Shown here: positions 51,870-64,000 of the stretch, one piece after another
Layout of the letters: each line of letters opens with the position of its first letter
Position numbering within the stretch: the stretch's first letter is position 1
From: Octopus vulgaris
Lineage: Eukaryota
DNA: 64,000 nt
NCBI GenBank assembly: GCA_951406725.2
Contig: OX597816.1
Location: 141,484,001 to 141,548,000, forward strand
Reading direction: 5' to 3'
Position numbers and translations under genes: made by a program
Notes under the pieces: model-generated
Told to the model about the DNA's origin: nothing
Seen by the model: the letters and a program-made list of their open reading frames with translations, nothing else
Database searches by the model: none

Positions 51870-54106
51870 GTTGCTAAATGAAGAGAATGGAAGAGAAAGA
51901 GAGTCTGCAGAATGTTGATCCAACAGAGGGACATGCTATCCGAATTGACAGTACCTAAATAGATAAAGCAATTAAGGATATGTAAACAGGGAAAGCTCCT
52001 GGCCCATCAGGAATCACTGCAGAGAGGCTTAAAATATCTGGCAGTGTCAGCTACAGTCTAATCACCTGTATGGTCAAAAAGGTGACACATGGAGTCATAC
52101 CCAATGAATGGTGTAGCAGCACCATAGTCAACTGCTATAAAGGTAAAGGTGATGCATTAGATACAAATAATTACAGAGGTATCAAGTTGTTGGATCAGGT
52201 AATGAAAGTCACAGAGAGTGTCATAGCACAACTAATTAGAGAGAGTCAGTTTAGACAAGATGCAGTTTGGGTTTGTGCCAGGGAAAAGCACCACTGATGC
52301 TATATTTCTGGTAAGACAGCTGCAGGAGAAATAGCTAGCCAAAGATAAACCTCTGTACTTGGCTTTCGTTGACATGGAGAAAGCCTTTGACAGGGTCTGT
52401 CATTCTCTTATCTGGTGGTCAATTAGAAACTAGGGATAGATGAGTGGCTAGTGAGAGCTGTGCAAGCCATGTACAGGGATGCTGTCAGTAAGGTGAGGGT
52501 TGGCAATGAGTACAGTGAAGAATTCCGGGTAGGAGTCCACCAAAAATTAGTCCTCAGCCCTCTCTTATTCATCATAGTCCTCCAGGCAATAACAAAGGAA
52601 TTCAAAACAAGATGTCCCTGGAAGCTTCTCTATGCAGATGAACTTGCTCTAATAGCTGTTTCTATATCAGAACTAGAGAAGTTTCAGGTATGGAAGCAAG
52701 GTCTTGAATCGAAGGGCCTCAGAGTTAATTTAGCAAAAACCAAAGTTTTAATAAGTAGGAAGGCAGACAAATCACAAATCCCTTCAGGTAGATGACCCTG
52801 CTCGATCTGTAGAAAAGACATAGGTAGAAACTCCATAAGATGTACCTGGTGTAAGCTATGGACACATAAGAGGTGCAGCAATATCAGAAGAAGGTTAACT
52901 GGGGAGATAGTTTTTGTGTGTAGCAAATGCTCAGGGGCAATAAACACTGAAAATGGGCAGAAAACAGCTTCTGTCACATGCCAGGGATAAAAACTAGAAG
53001 TAGTTGATAGCGTCCATTACCTAGGTCACCAAGTCAGTAGTGGGGGTGCATGCTCTGAGAGTGTAGCTGCTAGAATAAGAATAGCCTTGGCAAAGTTCAG
53101 AGAGCTCCTACCACTGCTTGTGACAAAGGTCCTTTCACTCAGGGTAAAAGCTAAACTGTATGACGCATCTGTGTGAACAGCCATGCAACATGGCAGTGAA
53201 ACATGGGCCGTGACTACTGAGGACATGCATAAACTTGCAAAGAATGAAGCTAGTATGCTCCACTGGATGTCTAATTTCAGTGTGCATACGCGACAGTGTA
53301 AGCACCCTGAAAGAACAGTTGGACATAAGAAGCATCAGATGTGGTGTGCAAGAGAGATAATTGCATTGGTATGGTCATGTGTTGCATATGGATGAGAAAA
53401 GCTGTGTGAAAAAGTGTCATATACTAGCAGTAGAGGGAACCTGTGAAAAAGGTAGACCCAGGAAGACCTGGGATGAGGTGGTGAAGCACAACCTCACGAA
53501 GGCGATGACAGGTGACTGAGACCTTTGGAGATATGCTGTGCGTGAGAAGACCCGGCAAGCCAAGTGAGACTGTAACCATGGCCTATGCCAGTGTAGCATA
53601 ACTGGCCTATTTAAGAGTACCCTTCAATCATTGGGCAATAAACAGTGCTAGCAAAGACCTGTTGAGTCAAGTGAAGTCATTGTCTTGCCAATGACAGTAC
53701 TGCCTGATTGGCATCCATGCTGGTGGTATGTAAAAAGCACAATTCGAGCTTGATCAATACCAGTGCTGCCTGACTGGTCCCCAGCCAGTAGCACATAAAA
53801 AGCACCATTCAAACATGATCGTTGCTAGTGCTGCCTGACTGGCTCCCATGCTAGTGGTACATAAAAAGCACCAATCGAGTGTGTTTGATGCCAGTGCGAG
53901 CTGACTGGCCCTATGCTGGTGGCATGTAAAAAGTACTTAATACTCTCTCAGAGTGGTTGGCATTAGAAACAGTATCCAGCTGTAGAAACTTTGCCAGATC
54001 AGATTGGAGCCTGGTGCAGCCTTCTGGCTTGCCAGCCCTCAGTGAAATCATCCAACCCACGACAGCATGGAAAGTGGACGTTAAACAACGATGATGATGA
54101 TGATGA
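51870..54106 (+). mobile_element. 5'-truncated RTE-clade LINE, decayed ORF2 (RT + Cys-rich insert) with 3' UTR and (GAT)n tail
   Basis: GKAPGPSGITAE, PNEW, NYRGIKLL, QFGF..GKSTTDAIF, LAFVDMEKAFDRV, GVHQ..LSPLLF, LLYADE, GLRVNLAKTK, C..C...C..C..W.H..C, GSETW, GRPRKTW, with many stops and frameshifts. Ends catggaaagtggacgttaaac(gat)n. Inserted after (TA)n. Confidence 0.92.
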
Positions 54107-54110
54107 TATA

Positions 54111-54362
54111 TAGGTAAAGTTACCTTCTGAAGTCATACTGACTCATAAGGGCCAGTTTCCTGGTTTCTTGTTGTATAAATATTCCCCACCTGGACGGGAC
54201 GCTGATCCATTGCAGGATTTCTTATTTTTGGCAGCTGAGTGAACTGGAGCAAAGTGAAATGAAGTGTTTTGCTCAAGAACACAATGTATTGCCCAGTTCA
54301 GAAATTGAAACTACAATCTCATGATCATAAGTTCAATACCCTAATCACTAAGCCATGCATCT
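54111..54362 (-). mobile_element. SINE related to family C (another fragment at 51345-51525)
   Basis: gctgagtgaactggagcaaagtgaaatgaagtgttttgctcaagaacacaa core also seen at 4760-4800 and 51465-51515. tRNA-like head at the right end. Confidence 0.7.
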
Positions 54363-54363
54363 C

Positions 54364-54397
<34 letters not shown>

Positions 54398-55001
54398 TAG
54401 ATAGGTAGATTAGATATATATATATGAAATAGTTAATCTAGATAAAGATAACAGTGCTCAATGCAAATAAGATTGCAAAATACGTTAAGAAAAAATACAT
54501 ACATACTAACTATTGATATGCAGACTGAGTTCTATTGTGTTTTACAATGTGATTCAAAGTGTGCCAATGAAAAGTTAGCCTGTGTATATTTTTTTCTAAA
54601 TACATACATTGATATAATCCACATTGATTTTAATAATATTAATATTCATATTTCGTGTTGTGTGTTGAGAGCACTTGAAGATAATGTACACTTATAATCA
54701 TAGACAATGAAATCCTAAAAAAATATTTCTCCAATATAATATGCGTTAGCTTTTCTTTAACATTATGATACAGATATATATAAAAAAAACTTTGTTTAGT
54801 CAGATTTATTATAATTGATGCATAAAATAAACTGAAAATGCTTGTGTATTCTAAATGAAACAAAAAGCAAATTTGAAAGTGATCTTTGAACTTCACTAAT
54901 ATAGGCTGTAAAGCTGCCCCTGATGTAAATTCAATATTGTCAAAGTAACATGATTATGTCTTTTCACGAATAAAGTGAAATTATACGCAAATAATATAGT
55001 G

Positions 55002-55039
<38 letters not shown>

Positions 55040-55040
55040 T

Positions 55041-55071
<31 letters not shown>

Positions 55072-55304
55072 GAAAACAAACGTTAATTGATGATGATGAC
55101 GATCATGACGATGACATATATCATCATAATCATCATCATTTTGATGTACACTTCTCCATGCTTCTACAGAAGATTTTATATATATGGCCATATATATATA
55201 TATACATACATAAACATATGTATATGTGTATGTGTGAATATATATATATATATATATACTAGTAGAGATACCCACTGCTGCTCAGGATTAAGATGGCATA
55301 GTTT

Positions 55305-55575
55305 TTTTATTCTTTTACTTGTTCCAGTCTTGTGACTGAGGCCATGCTGGAGTATTGCCTTTAGTTGAACAAATTGACCTCAGGATTATTCTTTGTAATC
55401 CTAGTATTTATTCCATTGGTGTCTTTTGTGGAACCTCTAAGTTACAGGGATGTAAACACAGCAACATTGGCTGTCAAGTGATGGTGGGCGTACAAACACA
55501 TATATAGAACAGTCTTCCTTTAGTTTCCGTGTACAAATTCCACTGACAAGGCTTTAGTTAGCCTGAGGCTATAGT
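55305..55575 (-). mobile_element. Family A SINE (other partial copies at 755-890, 34765-34915, 42438-42575, 48408-48665, 62880-63120)
   Basis: Same 3' and core motifs as the other family A copies. Confidence 0.75.
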
Positions 55576-55591
55576 ATATATATATATATAT

Positions 55592-55635
<44 letters not shown>

Positions 55636-55671
55636 CACACACACACACACACATTATATATATATATATAT

Positions 55672-55863
55672 ATTATATTAATAATCATTTGAGAGAATAT
55701 TATTCCTAACTTACAGGGAAAAATTCAATTTAGAAATACTAAATTAGATTTCACAAAATATATAATATATATATAAATATTGGAAAAAACCACCTTTTAT
55801 CAATTCAAAATGAACAATTAAATTACACCATTTAGAAAATTACTAATTTTCTAGATGGTGTAT

Positions 55864-55896
<33 letters not shown>

Positions 55897-55945
55897 GTGT
55901 AATTTAATTGTTCATTTTGAATTGATAAAAGGTGTTTTTTTTCTA

Positions 55946-55948
<3 letters not shown>
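55672..55948. repeat. Fold-back element in (TA)n with nested inverted repeats
   Basis: Arms ~55780-55828 and ~55897-55946 (caccttttatcaattcaaaatgaacaattaaattacac and its reverse complement). Inner hairpin caccatttagaaaatt/aattttctagatggtg at 55826-55860. Left extension begins like that of the 39251 element (..cagggaaaaa..). Confidence 0.7.
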
Positions 55949-55949
<1 letters not shown>

Positions 55950-55984
<35 letters not shown>

Positions 55985-56338
55985 AATATATATATATCAT
56001 CATCATCATCATCATCGTTTAGCGTCCGTGATGATGATGATATATATATATATACATATATATATCTATATATATATCTATATATATATATAAGACATAT
56101 ATACATATGTATGTACATATATATATACATATATATATACATATATATATACACATATATATATATACACACATATATGTACATATATATATATATCTAT
56201 ATATGCATACATACATACATATATATATATATACACACACACATATATATATATACATATATATGTACATATATATCTATATATACATATATACACACAC
56301 ATATATACATATATAAATATATATATATAGATATAATT

Positions 56339-56373
<35 letters not shown>

Positions 56374-56414
56374 CCTACATATATATATACAGATATATAT
56401 ATATACATACATAC

Positions 56415-56462
<48 letters not shown>

Positions 56463-57766
56463 GCCGTGACTGCTGAGGACATGCGTAAGCTCGCGAGAAA
56501 TGAAGCCAGTATGCTCCGATGGATGTGTAATGTCAGTGTGCATGCTCGACAGAGCGTTAGTACCCTGAGAGAAATGTTGGACTTAAGGAGCATCAGTTGT
56601 GGTGTGCAAGAGAGATGATTGCGCTGGTATGGTCATGTGGCGAGAATGGATGAAGATAGGTGTGTGAAAAAGTGCCAATCCCTAGCAGTGGAGGGAACCC
56701 GTGGAAGAGGTAGACCCAGGAAAATTTGGGACGAGGTGGTGAAGCACGACCTTCGAACTTTAGGTCTCACTCAGGAAATGACTTGAGACTGAGACCTTTG
56801 GAAATATGCTGTGCGTGAAAAGACCAGGCAGGACAAGTGAGTCCAGCCCACTTATGCATGCCTTTCCTCCCTTGGACACACAAAGACCTGTTGAGGCAAG
56901 TGAAGTCGATATCGAACCTCATCCAACGACAGGCACCTATGCCTACCCCCCTTTGCTTGCGAAGACCTTTTGGGGCAAGTGAAATCGAAATCGGAATCGA
57001 AATTGAACCAATCCTATGACTGGCAGATGCCAGGACCCCTGGACTGGAGATACATAAAAAGCACTATCCGAATTGTGGCCGATGCCAGCTCCGCCTCGAC
57101 TGGCTTCCGTGTCGGTGGCACGTAAAAAGCACCATCCGAATCGTGGCCGAAGCCAGTGCCGCCTCGACTGGCTTCCGTGCAGGTGGCACGTAAAATGCAC
57201 CAATCCGACCGTGGCCGATGCCAGCCTCGCCTGGCTCCAGTGCAGGTGGCACGTAAAAAGCACCCACTACACTCACGGAGTGGTTGGCATTAGAAAAGGC
57301 ATCAAGCTGTAGAAACATTGCCAGATAAGACCGGAGCCTGGGCAGCCTTCTGGCTTCCCAGATCCCTGGTCGAACCGTCCAACCCATGCTAGCATGGAGA
57401 ACGGACGTTAAACGATGATGATGATATACATATATATATATATATATATATACATACATATATATACACATATATACAAATATATATATATACATAAATA
57501 TATATATGCACATATATATACACATGTATACATACATATACATATATACATATATGTATAATGTATATATGTATATGTATGTATACATGTGTATATATAT
57601 GTGCATATATATACATATATATGCACATATATATACACATGTATACATACATATACATATATACATATATGTATATATACATATATATACACATTTATGT
57701 AAATGTATGTATGTGTGTATGTATATATATGTGTATATATACATATGTATGTATATATATATATAC

Positions 57767-57808
<42 letters not shown>

Positions 57809-58035
57809 GCATATATATATGTATTTATGTATCTCTGTATATATATATGTGTGTGTGTGTATATGTATACATAAATCTGTATATATATATGTATATATAT
57901 ATATATATATGTGTGTGTATATATATATATATATACATGTATATGTATATATAAACATATATGTACGTATATATGTCTATATATATATACATGTACATGT
58001 ATATATATATTTATACATACATGTATTTTTATATA
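55950..58035. repeat. Long alternating purine-pyrimidine (TA/CA/TG) low-complexity field, split by the RTE insert
   Basis: About 500 bp to the left and 600 bp to the right of 56458-57424. Confidence 0.95.
56458..57424 (+). mobile_element. 5'-truncated young RTE LINE 3' end
   Basis: [25 protein letters not shown]...WYGHVARMDE...GRGRPRK, then repeat-bearing 3' UTR and gacgttaaac(gat)n. Embedded in (TA)-rich microsatellite. Confidence 0.9.
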
Positions 58036-58440
58036 GTGAAACTATTAAAAGTGAAACAATATAAAAGTGAAACTATTTATAACTGCTACTCCATCGAAGG
58101 TTTCACTTTCATTCTCCGAATAAGATGTAATACAGAATGCGTGTGAATGTTGCATTGTTTGAATTCAAAAAATTACATGTTGAGACTGCTGGGGTGTGAT
58201 AGTATTACCATGTAAAATTTGATTTGATTTGATTTTGTTGAGTCTTTTGAGAATGCATTGGGAACACACAGAGATATAAAGAATTTTATATTTATATATA
58301 AATAAGAAATTAAAATGACAAGGGAATAAGAAATTATGTCATGAAGTTCATTAGCTTACAGCTGTTTTGGCTACAAGTGACAATGCAGAAGTCCCTCTCA
58401 GAAAACTCCTCTTACGTCTTATTTCATTTCCTACATATCG

Positions 58441-59380
58441 TCGTTGTCGTCGTCATCGTCATCATCATCATCATCATCATCTTCATCATTTAACGTCTGT
58501 AGTACATGCTGATATGGGTTGGATGGTTTGAACATGGTTGGCGAGCTGTAAGGCTACACCATGATCCAGTCTGATTTGGCATGTTTTTTACAGTTGGGTG
58601 TCCTTCCTAATACCAACAACTCTGAGAGTGTAGTGGGTGCTCTTATATGCTACTGGCATGGGTGCCATTTGCATGACACCAGTATCTGCCACAACTATGA
58701 TTTTACTTGGCTTGATGGATCTTCCTTCTCAAGCACAGCATAATGCCAAAGGTCTTGTTCATTCGTCACTGCCTCCAGAAGCCCAACACTCAAAAAGTGC
58801 TTTTAACATGCTACCGGCATGGGTGCAAGTTACATGACACCAGCATTGGCCATGACTACAATTTCAATTGGCTTGACAAGTCTTCTCAAGCGCAGCATAT
58901 CACCAAAGGTCTTGGTCACTAGTCAATGCCTCTATGAGGCCCAAAGTTCAAAGGTCACGCTTCACTACCTCATCTAGACTCCCTAATTATTTGTGCTATG
59001 ACCCTCTCTATAACTTTCATCACCTGAGCCAGCAATTTGATACCTCTGTAATTATTTCTAAGGCATCACCTTTACCTTTGTAGCAGTGGACTATGATGCT
59101 GCTACACCAGTCATTGTGTATGACTCCTTCATGTACCACCTGATTTACAATACAGGTGACTAGAACATAACCGACACCGCCAGATATTTTAAGCATCTCA
59201 GCGGTGATTCCTGATGGGCCAGGGGCTTTCCCTTAATTGCTTTATCTAACAAGGTACTGTCAATTCAGATTGCTGATCCCTCAGTTGGGTTAACATTTGG
59301 CAGACTCTCCTCTTCCTATTCCTTCTCCACATTCAGTAGTCTTTCATGGCATTTCCAAGCCTCTTTCTTTGCACCATCAT
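58441..59380 (-). mobile_element. Internally deleted RTE LINE
   Basis: 59380-58975 is homologous to ~51878-52250 and is joined directly to the ORF end/3' UTR homologous to ~53470 onward. (CAT)n tail at 58441-58490. Confidence 0.85.
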
Positions 59381-59526
59381 CCTATGACATCACAATGACA
59401 ATGTTTTTCTGCAAGTGCATGTGCGTGCACGTGCATATATATATAAATGCAGATGTTTTCCCAAATAAAATTGCACTTCATCTTTGAAGCTCCAATGAAG
59501 TTATATTGCTATATCTAAGTGAAATA

Positions 59527-59606
<80 letters not shown>

Positions 59607-59608
<2 letters not shown>

Positions 59609-60142
59609 ATTTGTGGCCGTTGCCAGTGCCGCCCCGACTGGCCTCTGTGCCGGTGGCACGTAAAAGCACCATCCGTTCGTGTCCGTTGCCAGCCTCGCCT
59701 GGCCCCCATGCCAGTGGCACATAAAAGCACCATCCGTTCGTGGCCGTTGCCAGCCTCGCCTGGCCCCCGTGCCGGTGGCACGTAAAGAGCACCATCCGTT
59801 CGTGGCCATTGCCAGCGCCACCCCGACTGGCCTCTGTGCCGGTGGCACGTAAAAGCACCATCCGTTCATGTCCGTTGCCAGCCTCGCCTGGCCCCCGTGC
59901 CGGTGGCACGTAAAAGCACCATCCGTTCATGGCTGTTTGCCAGCACCGTCTGGCACCTGTGCGGGTGACACGTAAAAGCACCCACTACACTCACAGAGTG
60001 GTTGGCGTTAGGAAGGGCATCCAGCCGTAGAAACACTGCCAGATCAGACTGGGCCTGATGCAGCCTTCTGGCTTCACAGACCCCAGTTGAACCGTCCAAC
60101 CCATGCTAGCATGGAAAACGGATGCTAAATGATGATGATGAT
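59607..60142 (+). mobile_element. RTE 3' UTR fragment with six GC-rich tandem units
   Basis: Six gccggtggcacgtaaaagcacc-containing units of 61-67 bp, followed by gtggttggcgttaggaagggcatccagc...gctaaat(gat)n. (TA)n on both sides. Confidence 0.88.
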
Positions 60143-61126
60143 ATATATATTACTGTATTGGTGATATTGCATCACCAATAACTGTCTAAGGACTCACTAC
60201 AATTCTAGCAACTGTAAGTGTTAATTTAATTTCAGACTTACTTTTACTGAGGTTAAGTTTCATAGGGTTTGTTTTTAAAGCTATAAAATGAAAACGAGTT
60301 TCTATTAAACATACCTTGTCATTACTAGCCTCTATATGTCCAGGCACTTTCACTATTTATATCAATATTACACATGTCATGATTCAGTAGTTTCAGTTAT
60401 ACACGACTTTCAAATATTTGGAACAGGATAACACAATAATCACGGTGTGTTTAACTGACAGTAACTTAAGGAACTGTTTGCATGCATGTATAAACACACA
60501 CATATAGAAGAAGAAAACGAACAATGATGCGTAATCTATAGGCTTCTCCCTCTTCAGTATTAAACATATTTGACGGATGCAACACCCAGCATGCTTGGAT
60601 TATTCCCAGCTATTCTGGAAGAATTTCCTTGATACTCAAGTTATATAGAATATCAGTTAATATGTTTAAAGTTATATTCTGCACCATTACTTCACTGAGA
60701 AAAATTTCTAAAACATTTACAGGAATTATCCTATAGAAGACAATAACCATGTTTAGTTAACTGCTCTTAGACTAAAGAATATTTCAGATGAATTTACAAA
60801 AGAGTGATTGCCTGTGAATACTAGCTATTCCCAAAAGTAGAATATTATTGTATATACTACTTTCTTGGGGGATTTGACAAGCTGACACATCTCACTAGCA
60901 ATGCTTTCTTCATATTTAGACATAACAAAATAAATACTCCAAAACCAGTTTTTTTAATCTTATGAGACTACACAAAATTTAAAGGAAGGCTCTGGGGTAG
61001 AATTAAAAATTATTACCTGAGATGATGAGTCTTTAGTTGAACAAAAGACTGCTCTTCAGTGATGAGACAGGGATGATAATGATGATGATGATGATGATGA
61101 CAATGATAATGACAATAATTATAATA

Positions 61127-61644
61127 ATGCAGTACCAGGCAATGATTTTCATGGCTCCTGATCTTAACTGATAGGAAGTGTTATCATGTACATATTTTGT
61201 CTTGGTACAAAAGATGGGTTGCAGCAAATATTCTGCTTAATACCACAGATTTACTTGTCAGTTGCTTGACTTAACCAGTTGAGCATGTCCCTTAGTGGCT
61301 GATGACATGTGCATCTCTGATCACGAGCAGGAAGTAGTGGGAATTCTTTGGGGTTCAAATAATTAACCTCTGAAAAAATGGGAGTTTCCTTCATCCTTAA
61401 ACAAACCTTATTCAGGGATCTTTTGAGTGGGATGAGCTAATTGACCAGAAGAAAATTCTAACTGGGCCCCACCTGCAAGATCATGCACTGTTTATCTTGA
61501 TATGAGATCACCATGTAACACATATATGGTTGTGATGCATGTGCCTGGTGTACCCTTATCAAATGTGTAATCATGATGGGTATATTGGGATTCATATATT
61601 TTTACCTCAGTGTCACCTTGATGGCATGCACTGCTCTCTCACTC
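61127..61644. mobile_element. Unclassified interspersed element inserted in (GAT)/(TAA)n
   Basis: Higher-GC ~520-bp block sharply bounded by trinucleotide repeats. No ORF. Confidence 0.4.
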
Positions 61645-61682
<38 letters not shown>

Positions 61683-62158
61683 TAATTTCTAACATAGGTG
61701 CAATTTTTGAGTGGGGTAAAGAAAAGTTGATTAATAGATTCTAATATTTACAAGGGATTTTCTTTTTTCACCCTGAAAGATGATAAGCAAAGTTGGCTAT
61801 AGTGAATTTAAACTCAGCACAGTAAGGAATACAACTAAATAACATGAATCTTTTGCCTGAAGTTCTACCAAATTAATTTTAAATTGAACATAGATGATTT
61901 ACTCCATGGCTTACTCTACTCTGTTGTAACTATTTATCAACTAAGGTATATATGTATATATTTTTACATTTGTATGTGTTTATGTATGCTTCTGTGGGAA
62001 GGGGTGTTTTTTTTATACCTATGTAAACATTATTACTGTAAATTTACAAAAGTAGTCTGTCAAATATATGCAATAAATATTTAATCAATTATATGCATCA
62101 TCATTATTTACACATACTTTCTTTGTCTCCCTAACTCTGACTTTCTGCTCTATATTAC

Positions 62159-62171
62159 TGTGTGTGTGTGG

Positions 62172-62243
<72 letters not shown>

Positions 62244-62296
62244 TGTATAAAGCTTAAAATATCAGTTACATTCTTTAATTTTGTATATATATATAA

Positions 62297-62368
<72 letters not shown>

Positions 62369-62394
62369 GATACTACCTCTCTCTCTCTCTCTCT
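62159..62394. repeat. (TG)n, (TA)n and (CT)n microsatellites
   Basis: Direct reading. Confidence 0.95.
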
Positions 62395-63225
62395 ATGAGG
62401 TGGTGGGGAGCAGTGTGCAATGATGCTGTCGAGAGGAAGGCCCTGAAATGCTATGCATTCTTTTCTAATGACCCTCATAAACTTGCTAGTATCTGGTATG
62501 TGGGGTTTTCAACTGGTAGCACTTGCATCTGCAAGTTGTTTGCAAAAAAATCTATATATGTATATATCATCAAGCAGTGTATAACTAGTGACAGCATGCA
62601 ATTAGTAAGCATTTTACCATTAGTTTCAAACTGGGTATTGCACTATGAACCAGTATTTCTGAAGATTTATTAATATTGCAAAGTACGATAGTTGATGCAA
62701 AATCGATGGCAACATTCTGGCCAGTATTATGCATGCCATCATAACCTGTAATATAATATATTGCTTCATGAAAAACAACAAAAAAAAACCTGCTCTAATT
62801 TCTCATATTGAGTGTGCCTTTATCAAATCCCAAAAGTTCATGAACATTAATGCACATACATATAGATATTTTATCTCTTATCTTTTACTTGTTTCAGTCA
62901 TTAGACTGTGGCCATGCTGGGGCACTGCCTTGAAGAACTTTTAGTTGAATGAATCAACCTCAATACTTATCTTTTTATTATTTTTTTTATTCAAGCCTAA
63001 TACTTGTTCTATTTGTCTCTTTTGCTGAACTGCTAAGCTGTGAGAACACAAACAGAGCAACACTAGTTGTATAGCAGTGGTGGTGGTGGTGGTGGGGGGG
63101 ACAAACACAGACACAAAGATGTGCACACACACACACATGTATATATATATGATATGTACATATAAATCTTGCTGCTGCAGCAAGTGCAGTATCACACAAT
63201 TAATCCATTCAGTTCACTTTTATTA

Positions 63226-63265
<40 letters not shown>

Positions 63266-63319
63266 TCATTATGTTTGTGAACTTCTGGAATTTGATTCTA
63301 TATGTATCATATTCAAAAT

Positions 63320-63760
63320 GTTAATTCAGTACTTTACAACAAAAGAGTAATGGATACAGTTGACATAATTGAAGCCAGGATACCTAGGATGGATTTTATC
63401 AAACCCTAAAGGAATGAATGGTACAGGTACTTCATAGAAAGATTTGATCTCAGCATACTGGTGCATTAGATATCCCCTACAGTGTTCTTGTACCTCATCC
63501 ATATTCACTGCCTTTCCCCCCAACCTGATAAATACTTTGAAATCCAGGTCAAGACATGAAGAAATGTACAAGGTACTTTGATGCTCTCTGACATGAACAA
63601 AAACTTCATAGCAACATCAAATTTCTAAGCATATATTTTCTTTATAGATTTTTCTTAGACTGTTCTAATGTGGGTGCCATCATTAAATATCACCCCCAAA
63701 TCTTCCTGCTCACTCTAGAGAACATGATCATGACAATGGTAATCAGAACCATACTTTCAT
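63320..63760 (-). mobile_element. Decayed CR1/L2-like LINE fragments
   Basis: Minus-strand peptides EQEDLGVIFND, SFVHV...TLYIS and GFDKIHPR resemble CR1-clade EKDLGV, LYKS and GPDKIHPR motifs. Their order appears rearranged. Confidence 0.45.
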
Positions 63761-64000
63761 GCTGCAGTAAGAACTAGATATATCTTCTCCTGAACTTATT
63801 GATTGCAATTTTATCATTGATCCTGATCAGAAATTAAGTGAAAAAGAGGAAACATTATCAGAATACAAAATCAATACAAACATCTTAAGAATGATAAACT
63901 AAAAAGAGTAAATCTCTGGTGTGAGTTGTTGTAAGGATAACAAAAACAACTACGAAGTTAATAGGTTAAAATTGCAGCTTGAATAGAAGATGTTTGATAA

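Larger units (their letters stand above)
55259..58300 (-). mobile_element. Probable non-autonomous Helitron, heavily nested
   Basis: Minus-strand 3' end tcctgagcagcagtgggtatctctaCTAG|T at 55290-55259 resembles the 47385-47415 end. Helitron-like 5' portion around 58030-58300. Interrupted by a SINE, a fold-back element, an RTE tail and microsatellites. Linking the two ends is inference. Confidence 0.45.

Noticed and set aside
59607-59985. CRISPR-like repeat-spacer array
   Set aside because: Spacers are repeated rather than unique, there are no cas genes, and it lies in a eukaryotic LINE 3' UTR.
63326-63571. 81-aa ORF as an upstream TMEM245 exon
   Set aside because: No resemblance to the expected hydrophobic TMEM245 segment. 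It contains a CR1-like DKIHPR motif instead.

Overview
AT-rich, repeat-saturated animal genomic DNA. The repeat families (tRNA-derived SINEs, RTE LINEs with (GAT)n tails, very dense microsatellites) look like coleoid cephalopod/Octopus; that assignment is inference from recalled repeat sequences. Almost all ORFs in the supplied track are microsatellite artefacts. One host coding exon is recognisable: a minus-strand C-terminal exon of TMEM245 (49291/49305-49480). No upstream exon was found, so 49.5-64 kb is probably one intron. The rest is mobile DNA: a 5'-truncated Penelope-like (GIY-YIG) retroelement, RTE and CR1-like LINE remnants, mariner/Tc1/hAT fossils and MITEs, two non-autonomous Helitrons (one with STPR-like 23-aa repeats), three SINE families and minisatellites. 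The most notable signal is a set of (TA)n-embedded fold-back elements with 50-155 bp inverted arms. Two of them carry a minimal type I hammerhead ribozyme motif in each arm, one per strand, and several decayed hammerhead relics lie elsewhere in the window. Coordinates of decayed repeats are approximate and were read by eye.
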